Source: Lophium mytilinum (taxonomy: Eukaryota). From it: a stretch of 64,000 nucleotides of DNA. The notes under the pieces are model-generated. The model had not been told where the DNA came from, did not search any database, and saw nothing but the letters and a program-made list of their open reading frames with translations. Shown piece by piece: positions 43,613-58,256 of the stretch. Position 1 is the stretch's first letter. Every line of letters starts with the position of its first letter. The DNA lies in contig MU004196.1 in the NCBI GenBank assembly GCA_010093605.1, forward strand, positions 580,606 through 644,605. The letters are read 5' to 3'. The translations under genes were made by a program, and so were the position numbers.

Positions 43613-46244
43613 ATGCCGTATACTACCTCCCCCTTCGCCTCACTCGACTCCATCTCCCCACCACTCCTCCCACTGCACTCCCACTACACTGCCCGCGCGC
43701 CCTCCCTCAGCGACACTGCCTCTGCTCCCGCTGCTGCGACTACTCACTCGTCGACGGCCCGATTGTCAGCAGCCTCGCTGATTGTGACCTCGGCCTCCGC
43801 TGCTGGTGAACTCTCTTCCGCCAGCGACACCACCGCGGACCCCAATTTTCAGCGAGCCGATCGAGCCCCGAGCGACCCCCGCCGCCTGTCTCGTCGCCTG
43901 CCGCTGCTGTCGAGGAAGCCGTCGCGCCCAGACGTTGCAGCACCCGACCACCAGCAGTCCGCATCGTCGAGCACCTCACCCGCCCACTCAACCGTCTCTA
44001 CGCCCTCACCACTCGCAATTCAGCAGCCGGCCCGCCCTTCTCTTTCGTTGCCGCGAGCCCGCGACAGTTCCGCCAGCCTGGGCTCGATTGCTGCAGAGGC
44101 ACGCCCGCCGACGCAGAGGAATCCCAGTTCGGGGTCGCTGTCTCAGACCGCCTTGTCGCCGCCGCTGGCGCATATAAACAGTTCCCGCAAGTCCAGCGAG
44201 GTGCCCGCTTCTTCTGTCGCCAACCGCCGCGGGAAGCTCCAGCTGTCTCGTTCGCTGTCTCGGCTCGAGTCTGGCCAGCGTAAACACAGTACTTCAGGCG
44301 TGGCCCAATCGCAGACCGCCAAGGACAAAAAGATGCATCAAACGTCGTCGAGGCTGCTCCGTATGACGGACGATGAGCGCCCATTCACTAGAGTAAGTGC
44401 AAACATTTTGTCGTGTCCCGGCGTGGCCCGGCTTCCGCTTTGGGCAGCCACGTTTAAACAGCCGCGCTCCTCGACCACCAACCTCGCTCCCCCACCATTA
44501 CTTTCCTTTTCACCTCCACCCACCTCAATTCCTTGAAGTCCCCGCCAGGATGCCCGCTATGGACTGGCGACAGACCCTCAAAATGGCCCTGGAGGTCACT
44601 AACCCAAACATGGCCGCCCACAAAGGCACTCCCGCAGGACTCCTGGCACGTCGAGAAGCGTTGGAATTGGCCGAGCGAATCACCTCCGCCCGCACCCGCG
44701 GCTGGCTCTCTCAGGTTGTCCTCTCCTGGATCAGCTAACTTTTACTATTCTGGATCTCGCATTTTGTAGTGAATTGGCTTAGCTAACGTGCATCTCATCT
44801 AGGACTTCAAAGATCTCTTCTCAACGCTCATGGTATCTCTCCCACTCATTCCGCACCGCGTGCGCTTCCACATGATCGACCACACCTTCACGACCGAGGA
44901 GGCCATCACCAACCTCGGCAGTCTCAAGTTCTCCCAGTCCAACCGCATGCCAGACCCCAAGGACTCCTCCCGCGTCGTAACCACGACCACAACAACCACC
45001 TTCTCAATGGCGAAAGAGATGGCTCGCTCAGTCTGCCAGAAGTTTCTTGACGCTCGGTTCATTGAGTCGGTGGATGGCAAGTCGGACTTCAACAGCAAGA
45101 GCTCCGTCTGGCAACTCACCCCCAAGGGCATCCACATCCTCGAACGCTTCTGCAACCGCAATGGCATCCAACAATCACATGTTCGCGACGTGACCAACTC
45201 CTCTCGGAATGCTGGAGCCCTCGTGGTTCTGGAACGTGAGCACGAGACGGATAGGCTAAACCGCGACGGGGACACGCTAAAGATTCTTTTCTCTCGATTC
45301 GTCGGCCACAAGGCAAATGATGAAGGAGGCTCCGACTCTGACTCGCTACACGAGTTTTGCCGCTCCAACGTCGGCGTCAGGATGATTCGGGAGCGCCGAT
45401 TCAATGACAAGCTCTACCTCTACACTTTCACCGGCAAGGCTACCGTTGACTGGCTCATGGACTGCTGCAGCATGGTCGACAAACGCGAGACGTACGAAGT
45501 CGGCGGCTTGTTCCTCGAGCAAGGCTTCATGGCTCCGGTAGAAGGCTACACTCCTCGTGATCGGTTCGTGGCCTCGAAGCAAGCTATCTACTACGTCACC
45601 CCGCTCGGAGAAGAAGTCGCGGGCTGGATTGCCACTCCTGAGGGCTCCGTCAACGGCGAGGCTAACGGCAAGCCCCGTGACGGTACGATGCGAGATTCCA
45701 ATGCCAATCGCATGGGAGTCATCATCACCAACCCGGCAGCACGTCTCCTGTTCCGCGAGTTCCTGCAGGAGAGCCATTGCGCAGAGAATCTCTCTTTCTA
45801 CCTCGAAGTTCAAGATTTCACCAAGCAGTATAAAGAGGCGAAAGCTATGAGCCCAGCCCCCAAGGTCGAGGTCATCCGCGAGACATTGGCTGCGGCGTAC
45901 AGCTTGTACAACGCCTTCCTTGCCCCTGGTTCTCCGAACGAACTGAACATCGACCATAGTCTCCGGACTCAACTCGCTAGCCGCATGACTCGGGCAGTTG
46001 GTGACGATACGTCAATGCTCAAGAGTCTAGATGAGGTTGCACTCCTGTTCGATCGTGCCCAGAACTCCATCTTCAAACTGATGGCCAGCGTAAGGATCCC
46101 CATGATTAGTCTATTCCTCTACTTATTACTAACTTCAGTCAGGATTCCGTGCCCAAATTTGTCCGGAGCCCGAAGTATCTACAACAGATCCGAGAGCGCA
46201 ATCTGGAGTCTTCCCTAGGAGCACCATCCCGCTCATCACCATAG
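43613..46244 (+). CDS. flbA: Regulator of G-protein signalling FlbA/Sst2 (DEP-DEP-RGS), 3 exons; start uncertain
   Basis: MHQTSSRLLRMTDDERPFTR|DFKDLFSTLMVSL; SQSNRMPDPKD; TTTTTTFSMAKEMARSVCQKF; FTGKATVDWLMDC; HCAENLSFY; AFLAPGSPNELNIDH; KLMAS|DSVPKF. Confidence 0.95.
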
Positions 46245-48410
46245 ACGCCGACTTTAATCGGCTCCTTCCGGCGTCCGTACGGCTCATGACTTTTCCCTTC
46301 GACAGATTTCACCCACGGTCTTCCCACGATTCATACGGAACTCCCCGATCTACTTCTGTTGCGCAACTGCGCCAGCAAATCTTCTGGCCCTCTGCCCACA
46401 TCCTTGTTCTTACTTTACGTCAAGGATATCCATGGACCGCTGAGCAATCCCATCACATGCTGTCATCTAACACCCCTTCTGAACAAGGGGAGCTTTGGAT
46501 GATGGATGGCAGGAGACTTCCCTCCGACATTTCTGCATGCATCCTCTTTTTCCTTTTTATTCACCGAATTCCCCCTTTGATCAACTTCATTGCATGGCAC
46601 AGCTTAGAAGCTTTGGCGTTTCACGGTACCGGAAAATAACTCTCTCCCCACCAAATTCACTCTTCCGGCATTTTTCTCATGGGTGGGGCTGGGTGGCTAT
46701 TTGCTTTGAACTTTTTTTTTCGGCTTTGCGACTTTTCCTTTTCTCTCTCTACATGCTTGTTCATAAATCATCTGCCTTTTTTCTCGAGTGTTGCTCGTAG
46801 AGGAGGAAGTCTTTTTTCTTTTCTTCGACTGCACACTATTATCCGACCGAAAAGGATCCGGCATATTCCCACTCCAGTGGGTTCTGCGAGGAAACGAAAA
46901 CGGTCGAGAGCTGGAGAGGGGCGGGTAAGGCATAGCAGAAGAGAACGACCCTAACCAAGAGGGGGTGAAGAAGGATTGGTGGAGCATCGGATGTATGATA
47001 AATTTTTCATTCCCACTTTAGGAGATTCCTAAACCTCCTGAATATTCCCGGAATGAAGATAAAGCTACGGCTAGATTGTTTGCAAAACAACTCCCCCTTT
47101 TTTTGCTCTAGTGCGGCTGCTTGTAGTGCAGGTGGGTGCGATGTGAAAATGTGGAGTGTGGTGGGTCTTGGCTATTACGTCCAGAATCGTGGGTAGCGGC
47201 TGCTTGCATGCGCGGCGCGTCAGGGCGTGTGATTGTGATTGTGATATCGATGAGCGCCGCACGCAGCTCGTGCATTGATTGCATGTGCGGTGTGCGCGTG
47301 CCGTGCTGCCCATAATGGCCGCAGCTGCTATTTTTATTGAGTAAAGCGGGAGGGGATGTCGCCACGCGCTGATCGCTGCTGCGCAACTCGGGAATAAAGA
47401 TGCAGGTGGTAGTCAGTAGAGGAGCACGCGTGGTGGGCTCGGGAAACTCGGGCGTTCAGAAGGGGTGGGTATATGTGTGTGTATGCAGGTGGGTAGGGGC
47501 ATTTCATCTATAGACAGGCGATTGACAGGCGAGGGCCGTGGTGAGTATGTATGTGTGCTTTTTGAGAAGGTGGGGAGGGGGGCTTGGCGGGCGGGCGGGC
47601 GAATACGAGAAGCACGTGGGATTGAGAAGGGGTGGGGAGGGGGTTGGGTGGGAATAGGGATGGAAAGGGAGAAAGGGGTGGTCTGGCGCTGGATGGAGTT
47701 TCAGTTGTCGGGGGGGTGATGTTGGTCTGCCTTTTGAGGCTCTTGGCGTCGGAGAGTTTATATGTAGTAAGTAGGCACGTGGTAGGTAGGGAGCCTTCAA
47801 GCACTACTAGAGCCTGCGGAGAATATTAACCTCTTAATTTATATTATACTATGTATAGTGGTAGATTCTGCTAGGAACTGGAGACTGCGTTGTGCAGAGG
47901 CTACCTAGCTTTGTAGATGTTGAGTAACTTGGTGGTATAACAAGATAGCAAGAGGACTAGAACGGAATGCTCTACTGTTGCGCCTATATAGTTCAAAACA
48001 GAAAACACTATGCTTAGATTTGACGATAAATTTCTTGGGCCTGAGCAGTGTTGATATCTTATAGGACTAAATCTTGTCCTAAGTTGTTCAATTCTATACC
48101 CACGTAGCACATCTTTAGAGCCTTCTTCACTAACGTGTTTATAGATTCAGTCGTTTTGCTGACCATCCTTGATAGTCATTAGCGGTGATAAGGAAATTAA
48201 TTCTTCATGTGAAAGAACCGAGGATCTCAAATATTTTTTTGCTTTTTGAACGTCATTCAAGTCATAGAAACATGTTATAGAGCCAAGATTGCTTTCTAAT
48301 TGTAAAGACCTAATGATCAGCGCTCATCGCTAGAAAAGTTACGCTTACAACATCATTACGCTGCTTAAAGCTGCACAAGCTAGAGAATTCCAATTTCAAA
48401 AAACACAAGA

Positions 48411-49494
48411 TCACTCGAGCTCAAAGCGCTTTTCGCCTAACCTCACCACTGTGAAAGGAGCATCTCCCAGCTCCACCGAATCGTTCTTCCCTAGACTTGT
48501 TTCAACTACAAACCTCTTTGGACGAGTCACCGCTTTCAACGGTTTCCACAGGTCCTCTTCCAAATCAGCATCCAACACTGACACAAGATCCATAGGGTTA
48601 GACGATGTGCACAGATCTACGAGGCGCACGTTTAGCTCTCGCAGTCCTTTCATGCTTGCAATGACACGCCATGCCCGTTCCCAGATGAGCTTATCGTTGC
48701 AGCCGGCCCAGTTGCTTGAAGTCGGGTCGAACTTGAGAAACACGAATGAGACGTCAATGTCTAGTCTCTGGATAGAATGAAACCGATGCGGGAGTACGGC
48801 GGCGGAGAATGCGGTGATGGGCTCAAAGGCGGCAAAGGAGAAGGTGTTCAGGGTATAAAGAGCTGGAATCGCCTCGGAGTAGCTGTAAAGGTTAGTATCG
48901 GGTGCTCGAAAGCATGCTTGAAGTGCTGTGGATGGACATTTACATTCTTCGGCATGCCAATGGGAGTGCCAAGAGTCCTTCTGTAGCCGGCGAGACGTTA
49001 CTCCAGCCATCGAGACTCGGAACTCCGTAATCGTAGAAATCTAACTTGGTGTAACGGTCCCACCCAAATAGCCTCCAGCAATCCTGCTTAGAGTGCGAAG
49101 GATCTTTGCATTTCATGTGCTCCAACTTTCGGTCGTCTGGGTTCGGCCGGACATGAATCTGGCTATAACCCAGCGCGGCTTCCCATATGAGAAGGCGTAT
49201 CTCAGCAGGCAGTTTGTTGTACAGTGGAGATTGAGATTGGTCGAAAGTCACTTGATCAGAGTCCGAATTCTCTTCGCAAGTGAGAGATAAAGCCCGTTTC
49301 CGCCGAGATGGAAGCGGTTTGACTGATGGATTCGAAGGGCCGTCAGGGAAGTAGCCGTGACTAGGTGGCGGGCCAAGCGGTATCAGAGGCGATATAAGGC
49401 CTTTGCTGAGCCGTCGGGGGATATCGGTGAGATGCATTCTCAACCTCAAGCTACGAAGTATTAGCCTGAACATTTCTTTCGTTGATTTACGCAT
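48411..49494 (-). CDS. DUF7730/2EXR-type (F-box-like) fungal protein, 2 exons; start uncertain
   Basis: DQSQSPLYNKLPAEIRLLIWEAALG and LLALPLACRRM|YSEAIPALYTLNTFSF, then WERAWRVIASMKGLRELNVRL. Confidence 0.78.
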
Positions 49495-52400
49495 GTTGAA
49501 TATGCAATGTATTCAAACTTGTGCAAGATCAATGGAGTATAACGGAAAACGATTGTAGAGAATCATCCATCGTGAAAGAGAACCATGTCGTCATTTCGCC
49601 GAGGCATTCTAGTGTTGAACTTCTGACGAGACCGTGACGAGAACCTGAAGACAACTTGGGGCTAGAGATATGCCCCGATCGACGCAAAGTATGACTGCAA
49701 ATGAAGCTTTTACAAGCTGAAACGAACTCCTTTCTTACCTTTCCGTATATTGAGTGAGCCAAACTATGAATACGCTAAGATTGGACAGCACGATGAGCTG
49801 GAGGAAGGGGACTGTGAAGTTGCAACTGCGGGGGACGGGGACGCGGGCGGCTTATGAGACTTGGAGATAGATCTGCATGGTGACGACTATAAGAAGACAC
49901 AGCCCAGGTCCCTGGCAATCCTTCATGCATGATCAGCATTACAACAGGACGGTAGTCGGCGCTGATGTTGGCCGTTTTGCCTCCTCCAGGGTTATCCCAA
50001 AGGGGGCTGTTTCTTAGGCCTACGCATTTTAGCCGGCCGCGAAGGACTAAGTCTTGAAACCCTACATTATGCTCGCACTGAAAGCTTGAGGGTTATAGTA
50101 TAGCCGGACTTTGAAGATAAAGATGATTGAAATACGATTGGAGGTTTAAAAGATCCTTTTCCTTGCAAGATCATAGGAAGAAATGAAGTATTCGCTCCCT
50201 TGGCATGGTCCCAGTTAATATCGAAGAGGGTCTAGTTTCAACGACATCGCTTTCCGTCGATCCCAGCGACCTCTCTGCTCCGACTTCATTCCATTTCGCT
50301 TCCAGACCAGAGCGGTTCCTGGCTGATCAAACCAATAACCGCTCTTCTAGAAGCATTAACACTGATGATCTTACCAATTCAGATTCAGCGAGGCCCAAAT
50401 AAGGCCATTGCCAGGAACTGGCGACACAGTCTCCTGGGCTGCGCTACAAGATCGCCCCCATTGCGTGCTGCATATTCGGACATGTGCGAGCTACGCCTGA
50501 GAGACGAACGGTCTCGATGGATCTGATGCTAAACACAACGGCATCGTACTCGGGTGACCTCAAGAGCTTCCCTCGCCTAGGCATCTAGCTCGTGTGCCGT
50601 TCGTGAAGGGTCTCCTTCGTTGGATCGGAGGTCCTTCTCTGACAAGCCAAAACTAAGATATGGTATAGCTAGTTCATACTGCTTGTTTAGGCGTTCGGCA
50701 TCCGAGGCTCGCCGCGGGACATACCCCGGCTAGGATAAAAGAGTCGAAGATTGAAGAAATCTTACCACTATGAAGCCTTCTCGCTATCCGGGCCGCAATC
50801 ACTAAGTCCTACTATTGAACTGGAAGCCCTGTAGATCTGGAACACGGGATTCTGAAGCAATGGCTGCGCCGAATCTTCGGGCTAGAAGCAAGGATCTGAT
50901 AATACGCAGGCACCCACAGAAAAAATATCTCTTAGCCCTTCGTATCCAGCTCTAGATATCGATAAGGATGAAACCAATGGACAGCTTCGAGTGATGAGAG
51001 CTGTAGCGAAATACTTAGCACCACATGCCCTCCAGGGTTTTCATACACTAGCCTAGTGCCCTTGTCAGGAATTGCCGAATTATGGCTTTCCTATAGATTC
51101 GACAGCAAAGTCACGCGTAAATGTTTCCTATAGATTCGACTGAGAAGTCGCGCGGAAACACAATAAGTCCATCGTCACGGAGTAGACCGCCCGGGGTTTC
51201 TACACTCTCCCTCGCGGAGAGTAGTCTCTTGCTTTTTGAATCTCATTTGTTTTTGCCCCTTGGTGCCAGGCAAAGCCTATGCAGCATAAATTGTCGACAG
51301 AGAATTCTTCGCGATGGCTCAAAAAAACAACCGTCGCACAGATTTACCTTTCGATGATTCTGCCTGCATTCAGACCAAGCCTCGTAAATTACTCCGAACG
51401 TACGTACCAAAACACCTACGCGTGCCCGACTAACCAAGCAGGTGCCGGACCGAACCCCGGAGGCGCGGTTCAGGACGAGTTTCAGTCGTAGGTAAGTGTT
51501 CACATTTACTATCAAAAGACAAAAGCTCTACTTACTGGAAGTAGCTTCCCTTTTATACGAGAGCTAGTTTTTGTGCGCTTTCGCTATATCTAGGGCGTTT
51601 GAACCTATGGGGCGGAGGAATATAAACTTTTAGCTAGGAAGCACGAGAGCTGTACTCTTACATAAAGTCCACGAACGGCTCGGGCCGTCCGCCGAGCAAA
51701 TGCTTGTTAAGCACTTCGGAAATGTTTCCAGCCAGTAAAGCGCGGGAACGGCGAATGTTTTGAGCCTCGCGGTGGTCCCCTTGGGTTTCATCTTTGCACT
51801 CCGCCGCAATGCTCGGCTGCGTCCAACTACCTTCAGACCACCACTTGCACCACACCACCTTCAGCATGCCTACGTCTTCCGCGGCCGAATAGTAAGAGCC
51901 TGCAGTACAAGCAAGGCGGTTGCTTTATGGAATTACAGAACGCCACATCCAGTGGGTCTCCTGCAGACCCGCCCCCTGCACCTTCTGCACCATATTCGTT
52001 GGTCGAGGATTGAAACGTTGGACACGCGCAAATGCGCGCAAGAACCCACAACCAGAGACGGGGCCGAGCCGCGATAAAGAAGCGCAAGCCTCCCTACGTT
52101 GTCTACCTAGAGCACAGAGCTCGTCACTGGCGTCTACATCTACTCCTCTTTCTATTCTACCGTACACCTACAACGCCATCGCTCTGATCATCCGCAGTCA
52201 GAACGGTCTCCCTTCTATCAATATACCGAGGATGCTTTCTTTTCAGGAGATTATACAGCTCTTGAGTTTCTTCGTCCAAATATTTCATTTCTCCTGGGAT
52301 GCTTTCCCACGAAGCGGACGCCAAACTTCCCCACACGCTTCTGATACGACTCGAGAGCAGAATCCTTCCTGTTTGTTACCGGTAGTACTCGATAGAACCT

Positions 52401-54712
52401 CGAGCTGACTCCTCCCAGCTTCTCAAGGGCCCGAAAACCCTGTGGAATCGTACGAGTTCTTTGCGCTATATAACCCGCGCGAGACAGATCAAAGGCGAAC
52501 GAGATTCCCCCCATACCACGGCCCCTTGATCCCACTCGGTCGACTTGCGTCTAACGGTCCACGTGGAACAAGTAGCGATGATGGAGCCAGCGTCTTCAAC
52601 AACGATTTCGCCGGCCATGAGACCTGGCTTTATCGTTCACTTAGTTTGCCTCGTGGATGGGGCACCATCTCCTCAGACAACAGCATCACATATAGACGTC
52701 GAGCAGTCTCAGCGTCAATAAGCGCGGTCTGATATCCGGGGCCACTGAAATGCGTGGATATACAAGAAGCGTGATCACAGGAGAATGTAGTATTTGGAAG
52801 TTCACAGGCACCGCAGGGTGCAGATGTACACTGAATAGGATATCTGAACGGTAAAGACGCGTGCTGGTCACGCACTTTCCCTTTCGCTACGGGTGGGAGG
52901 ATATGTCTAGGTTCTTTTTATAAAGTTTGGTGATCTCACAACGCTCACATCTCGTATGTCAGGTTCCACAAAAGAAGGAAATAGGAGGTTCGCTAGTAAA
53001 GAAGCATGTATCCTCTAGGTTAACCAGAAAGCAATTCAAGAAACTCCGTATGCCCCGTCAAGCTCTTTCAATTACCGTAAAGGTACCAAAACAGGCCCCA
53101 ACTTCGTCATCCACGAGTGATCCGAGCTGTTCTGCGGCTGGTCGCCCTGGCATTTCCCCTCCTCCACAGCTCCTCGACAACCAACGATGTTGATAGCACC
53201 AACGACGCCAGCAACCCCCTCAACACAAACACACCCATAATTGGCCCTCATAGACCCCTTATTAACATCCCTCGAACCCGTTCCCATCCCAAAGAAAACC
53301 TCATATAACGAACCCCACCCCATTCCTCCCACACAACCTGCCATCTAGCAACCCACTCCCGCGGCCCCAGTACCGCACGCCACGTACCCAACCGCTCCAA
53401 AACCCACCCCCAGCGCGCGCCCTAGACTAAGCTAGTAGCAGCAAGATGCTATCCAGCTCATCGAGGCCCTCTCGCATCAGAACGATTGGGAACATCCAAA
53501 TCATCAGATTTCTAAATAGTCACTTGACCTGATCGTATATCACGTGCGACGTGGATCTATCTTATTATAAAGACGGACTGCTTTTCGACTTCTTACCATC
53601 TACAGTGTGTTCCGCGAGGCGGGTCGACGTTAAAAAGGCGACCACATTGAAAGCCATGGTGCGGTGTGGTGGATTGGATGGTCCGGTGTTCAAAGTTTAA
53701 TCAAATATTCCCCTATGAGAGGAGGGAGAGAGGAGCGGGGAGAGGAACACACTGAGAAACGACGATGTTGAGTGTTATTGAAGAATGGTGGAACTCAGCA
53801 GAGTATAGGAATGATAGCAATCACACTGATCCAACGAAGAGACTCGCGCCTTTAGCAAGCGATAGAGATATCGAAGAGCATGAAAAGATGCTGGTGCTAA
53901 GTATCAGAATCGAATGGTAGCCCACCGCTCCCCCAGGGTCATGATTCACCGCTCCAAAGAATTTTGAAGGAACCTCCCAACCCGCCATCGCATGGTCCGT
54001 CTGACTTTTTTGATCAGCCAAACGCAACGCACTCTGTGGCTCAACATCTCGACTCCCCGAGAGGTTTTATAGGTACTCAATCAGCATAGTAACGTGACGA
54101 TCTAAGTGATCTCAGCATGACTAAACGATGATATCATATTGCAATATCACAATCTGCCCCCAGGACAGCTCACCCGCCCTCGTCTATCCAGAACACTACG
54201 CCCCCTTGGCATCAGTCCCCACCGCCCAAAACCGATCAACCTCCCGATTATATTATACAAAGGCCCATCTCGCACGCCTACCCTCCATTCCATGGAGCTC
54301 ATACGCTCATAGCCAGAAAACGATCCAGAGACTGTTCATAACCGTCTCTCATATCCCCCGCCCGGATTCCCAGTATGCAAACCGTAAAGTGATTTCAGAA
54401 CGAAAAAAAGAGAAAAAAAGAAAAAGAAAAAAACGCATCCAAAAGCCAGCCACTCCGGAATTCCTTCATTTCGGAATTGTTTGGAAAGATGCAGACGCCG
54501 CCCACCATCCCATCCAATCCAAATGGAAAAATTCCATGTTTTTTTCAACACCGGTCCCCCCCACCTCCCCCTTTTTCCCAAAAACTCCAATACCCCATGG
54601 ACTCCTTTTGGCTCCGGCGCTCGAATGATATAGTACAGAAAAGACAGTGCTTTGCAGGATAGGGGAGATGCTTGTATGCTAGTGCTCGCTTCTTTCGAGT
54701 ATTGCGAGCGGT

Positions 54713-57700
54713 CTAAGACGGTGGCGTTTTCGGGTGCGAGTTTGGCCCAAGCATGGACGGGATGGGTTTCCGTCGTGCTTTCATCTGAGGCATCCGGGGC
54801 ACGCCTTGGATGACTCGTGGCTCTTTCATGAGGGTGGGGTCCAATTTCGCAGGAACTAGTGGGGGGCTCAAGTTAGTTGAATGTTGGACATGAGCTGACA
54901 ATTGTCTTTGGCTTACTTCTGCTAGTGACCTGCCGATAATCTCCGGGAATACGGGCGTTGGGAGGTGTCGCAGCAGCAGAACGCCACAAGTGGTCGTTTG
55001 TATCAGATAAGAAATCCGTCGTTGACTTGTGGAAGAAGGATGTGCGACCACGATTCTTCTTGGACAGAATGATCTGATCGAAAAGCTTGATAGTAGGGTC
55101 GTCCGGGCGCTTGCTCTCACGCTCATGGATGAACTCGTTGAAGGCTGCAAAATAGGTTAGCTCACGGGTCAAGGCTTGCTATCTTGTGCTCACTGACCTT
55201 GTGTATCTTGAAGAGCCCTAATATAGTCCGCAGTCTCATGAGGCAGGCTCTTCTGGAACTCGTCCATCTTGAACCTGTATATCAGCCCAGACTTCTTCTG
55301 ATCGCCAGACGCTGGGTACAAGTGTCGGCGGTAAGTGTAAACGAGACTGGCGAAGCAGCGAACAAAAGCCGCTCGAACCTGGTCCGCGCGAAACGCCGAA
55401 GGACAGACCACAGCAATTTGATTAGCGCATCGCCCGTGGGCACAAGCACTGCAGCCTGCGGAGATGTCAGACGCATGTAAGGTTGCACTGCGTGTGGGTT
55501 ACTCACCTGTACACCTGTAAATTCCCTCGTCCGATTTTTCATCGCACACAGAGCAAGTCGCCTTCTCATCATGCGGCCTCCAATGCAGACAATGCCCTTC
55601 AACCCAACGCACAGTTTCAGTGTTCCGAACAGGCTGCATGAGCATCCCGGGCATGATGGTGGAAGCGGCCAGGGTTGACTGGGCGTATACAGACGGGGCG
55701 TACGAGGACGGAGCCCGAATCTCATGGCTCAGCGTCGATGTCGAAGCGCTAGGAGCATGCCCAAGGAAGGGTTGGCTAGGACGTCGAAGAGTTGGGACCC
55801 GCTCAAACCCGAACTGTTTAACCTTGTTAGATATAAACGTAATGGCAGAATCTTTAGAGTGTACCGAAGAGCTCCTCCTGGATGAGGTCTCAAAATGCCC
55901 TGATCGCTTTTCTCGCAAATTTGCCTGCAGAGCATACGCAGAGTCGCTTCTAGAAATTGGAGTGGTGGGCATAGGCGGGAAGGCCGTAGAAATTGGTGAT
56001 ATTTTAGGAGAAGGAGGAGAGCCCGTTTTCATCGTAGACGCTGTGGATGGCCTTTCATTGCCACGGCTGTGATCGTTTCTAGATTGTAGGAAAGCATTAA
56101 ATATCATAGGCTGAGCACCGGAAGGCTGGTTGGTCCCAAAGGACGTGGAATTCAGTCCAGCGTAAGTTGCTAGAGTGGAGGGGGCGGGTTTGTGGGTGAA
56201 GACAGTCGGGTTTTCTGAAGAGAAAGCGTCGTGAGGAAAGGCCTCTTGAGCGTACGCAGGAGGTCCTACAGGTACGCCATATCGGTTGTGATGAGGCGCA
56301 GCTAGTTGAAGCAATGAGACGAGCTTCCTTCGCTGCTGACGAGGTAGAGAGGTTGGAGGACCAAAGTTACTTCCCACAGAATCGTGATCCAGGTCCACAA
56401 GAACGTACTCATCTTCGGGGTAGTCCGCAGGCTCGTATCTTCGCTCTATACCGACGATATACGGGCACGGCGCTTCTAGAGTCTGTACGAGACGAGCTGG
56501 AAGCACAGGGATGAAAACACCGGCCCACTTCAGCGGATATAGGAGGTTCGCTAGAGCTGCGCTGGCGAGATGCAGCATAGCGGTGTGATCTGACAGGAGG
56601 ATGATCCTTGCCTCTGTCAGGACGTACTCGAACAAGGTGACGATATTCGGGATCGAAAGCGACCTAAAGAGAGCGTAAAGATCGGTGTTCCGGGAGCCAG
56701 GCAGTTCGTTGACAGCCTCCTTCCGTGCGTAAAGGCGAAGCTCTCGGATTGCAATCTCCACCTGGGTGATCGAGGTTATTGGACTCAGCGCTTCGGCACA
56801 GAGGTTGACGACGTAACGCTCCAGGGGCTGCCACATTCCGATCTTGGGTGAGCTTGCGGGCACTCGGAGGACTCCTCCATGCGTCATTGGAACCACGACC
56901 GCCTTAAGCCACTCTTTCCAAAAGCTCGTCATGCCACCGTCTCGTCCAAGTACTCCGTAAGCTCGAGGTATCCACAGCCCGGTCTCTCCATCGGTAAGTC
57001 CTTCGATTTTAGAGGCAGCGGCGTGCCTCACTGGTCGCAACAGATCCGTCATCAGGCCGATTTTCTCCTCCACAGCGCTGATATCGTCTTCCAGTTGATC
57101 TCGTTCGTCGGAACCGGACGCCACGGTGGGCAACAAGGCGAGTAGTCGGGACAGTTTTGCTCTCTCTCCAGCCAATCGTTCACCAAGGCTGCTAGCTAGT
57201 TCCCTCTCCTCCGTGTTCATGTTTGCTCTTCGCCAATCCTCACATTGCCGCTCCAGACCTTCAGCCGCTTTGGCATTTAGAGGTAGCCATGTTATGAGGC
57301 ATATACCATGGAGTTTGGAACTATCCCCATTCGTCATGGCAAACCCATGCCAAGTCGCTCGCGGTCGCTCGTCGGAGGACATGACTTTGACGTCGTTCGG
57401 GAAAGCAAACATAGGCACGTAGTCTGGGAATGGGTTCCGTCTTCGTAGCTCTTCCACCATGTTCTTTGGCGGATATCGATCCAATAGCACAGGCTCGTAG
57501 CTCCGCAGAAGGGGATGCATATCGGGGGCGGTTTGGAAGGGCTGCGGGGCAGGGATGACTGAGTTGTAGCCACTCAATCGCTTGGAAGTGCGTACTGAAG
57601 CTTGCGGGGTGTCAGCATTCGCTACCATCTCAATTGCTCTAACATATAGACGTACCTTGACGGGCCATTGAGGGCTGCCTCTTGAGGCTGCTCATGGTCG

Positions 57701-58256
57701 AGATGCGCCTCCGTATGCTGCCCACGCCAGACCTCAGGTTCCCCACATCTTCGTTCACGATGCGCTGCGGTTTAGGCCGTGGCTTCGAGGGCCGACTCTG
57801 CTGCGGAGCAGCGCCGGCATTGTACTGGATCTCCTCTAGGAACGTGTCCCGCTCGGATGCAAACTTGCGGAGGGCCTGCTCGAAGTCGGCATCGCTGAGG
57901 CCTGAGCCTGTCTGCACGCCCTTGATGGTGGTGCTGCTCCTGTTGCTGGCTGATCCCTTCGCATCGGGGCCAATGATGCTGCCAATGGACTTGCGAGGCT
58001 CGAAGCTTAGGCGGGCAGATCTGCGGTTCGCGGCGTCGCCATTGGGGAAGCCTTCCTGCGAGGTCGGGCGAGTGGTGGAGTCGGTCTCCAGGGCCTTGTC
58101 CTCCTCAATTGTGGCATCGACGTCGACGGGCGGGGCCTGGACGCCGTTCGACTGGGCGCGCTCGTCGAAGACCTGCTGGGACTCGACGCCGCATATGAAG
58201 AAGTAGTCGGCCAACGGCGCAGACGACGAGTCCTGGGCGGACGGGGCTGGAGCCAT
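54713..58256 (-). CDS. DENN-domain Rab GEF with a C1-like Cys/His finger; multi-exon
   Basis: PLADYFFICGVES; YEPVLLDRYP; PMFAFPND; EARIILLS; FIPVLPARLVQTLEAPCPYIVGI; H...CSVCD...YRC.GCSACAHGRC; dDENN-like DTQ|AFNEFIHER. Confidence 0.92.
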
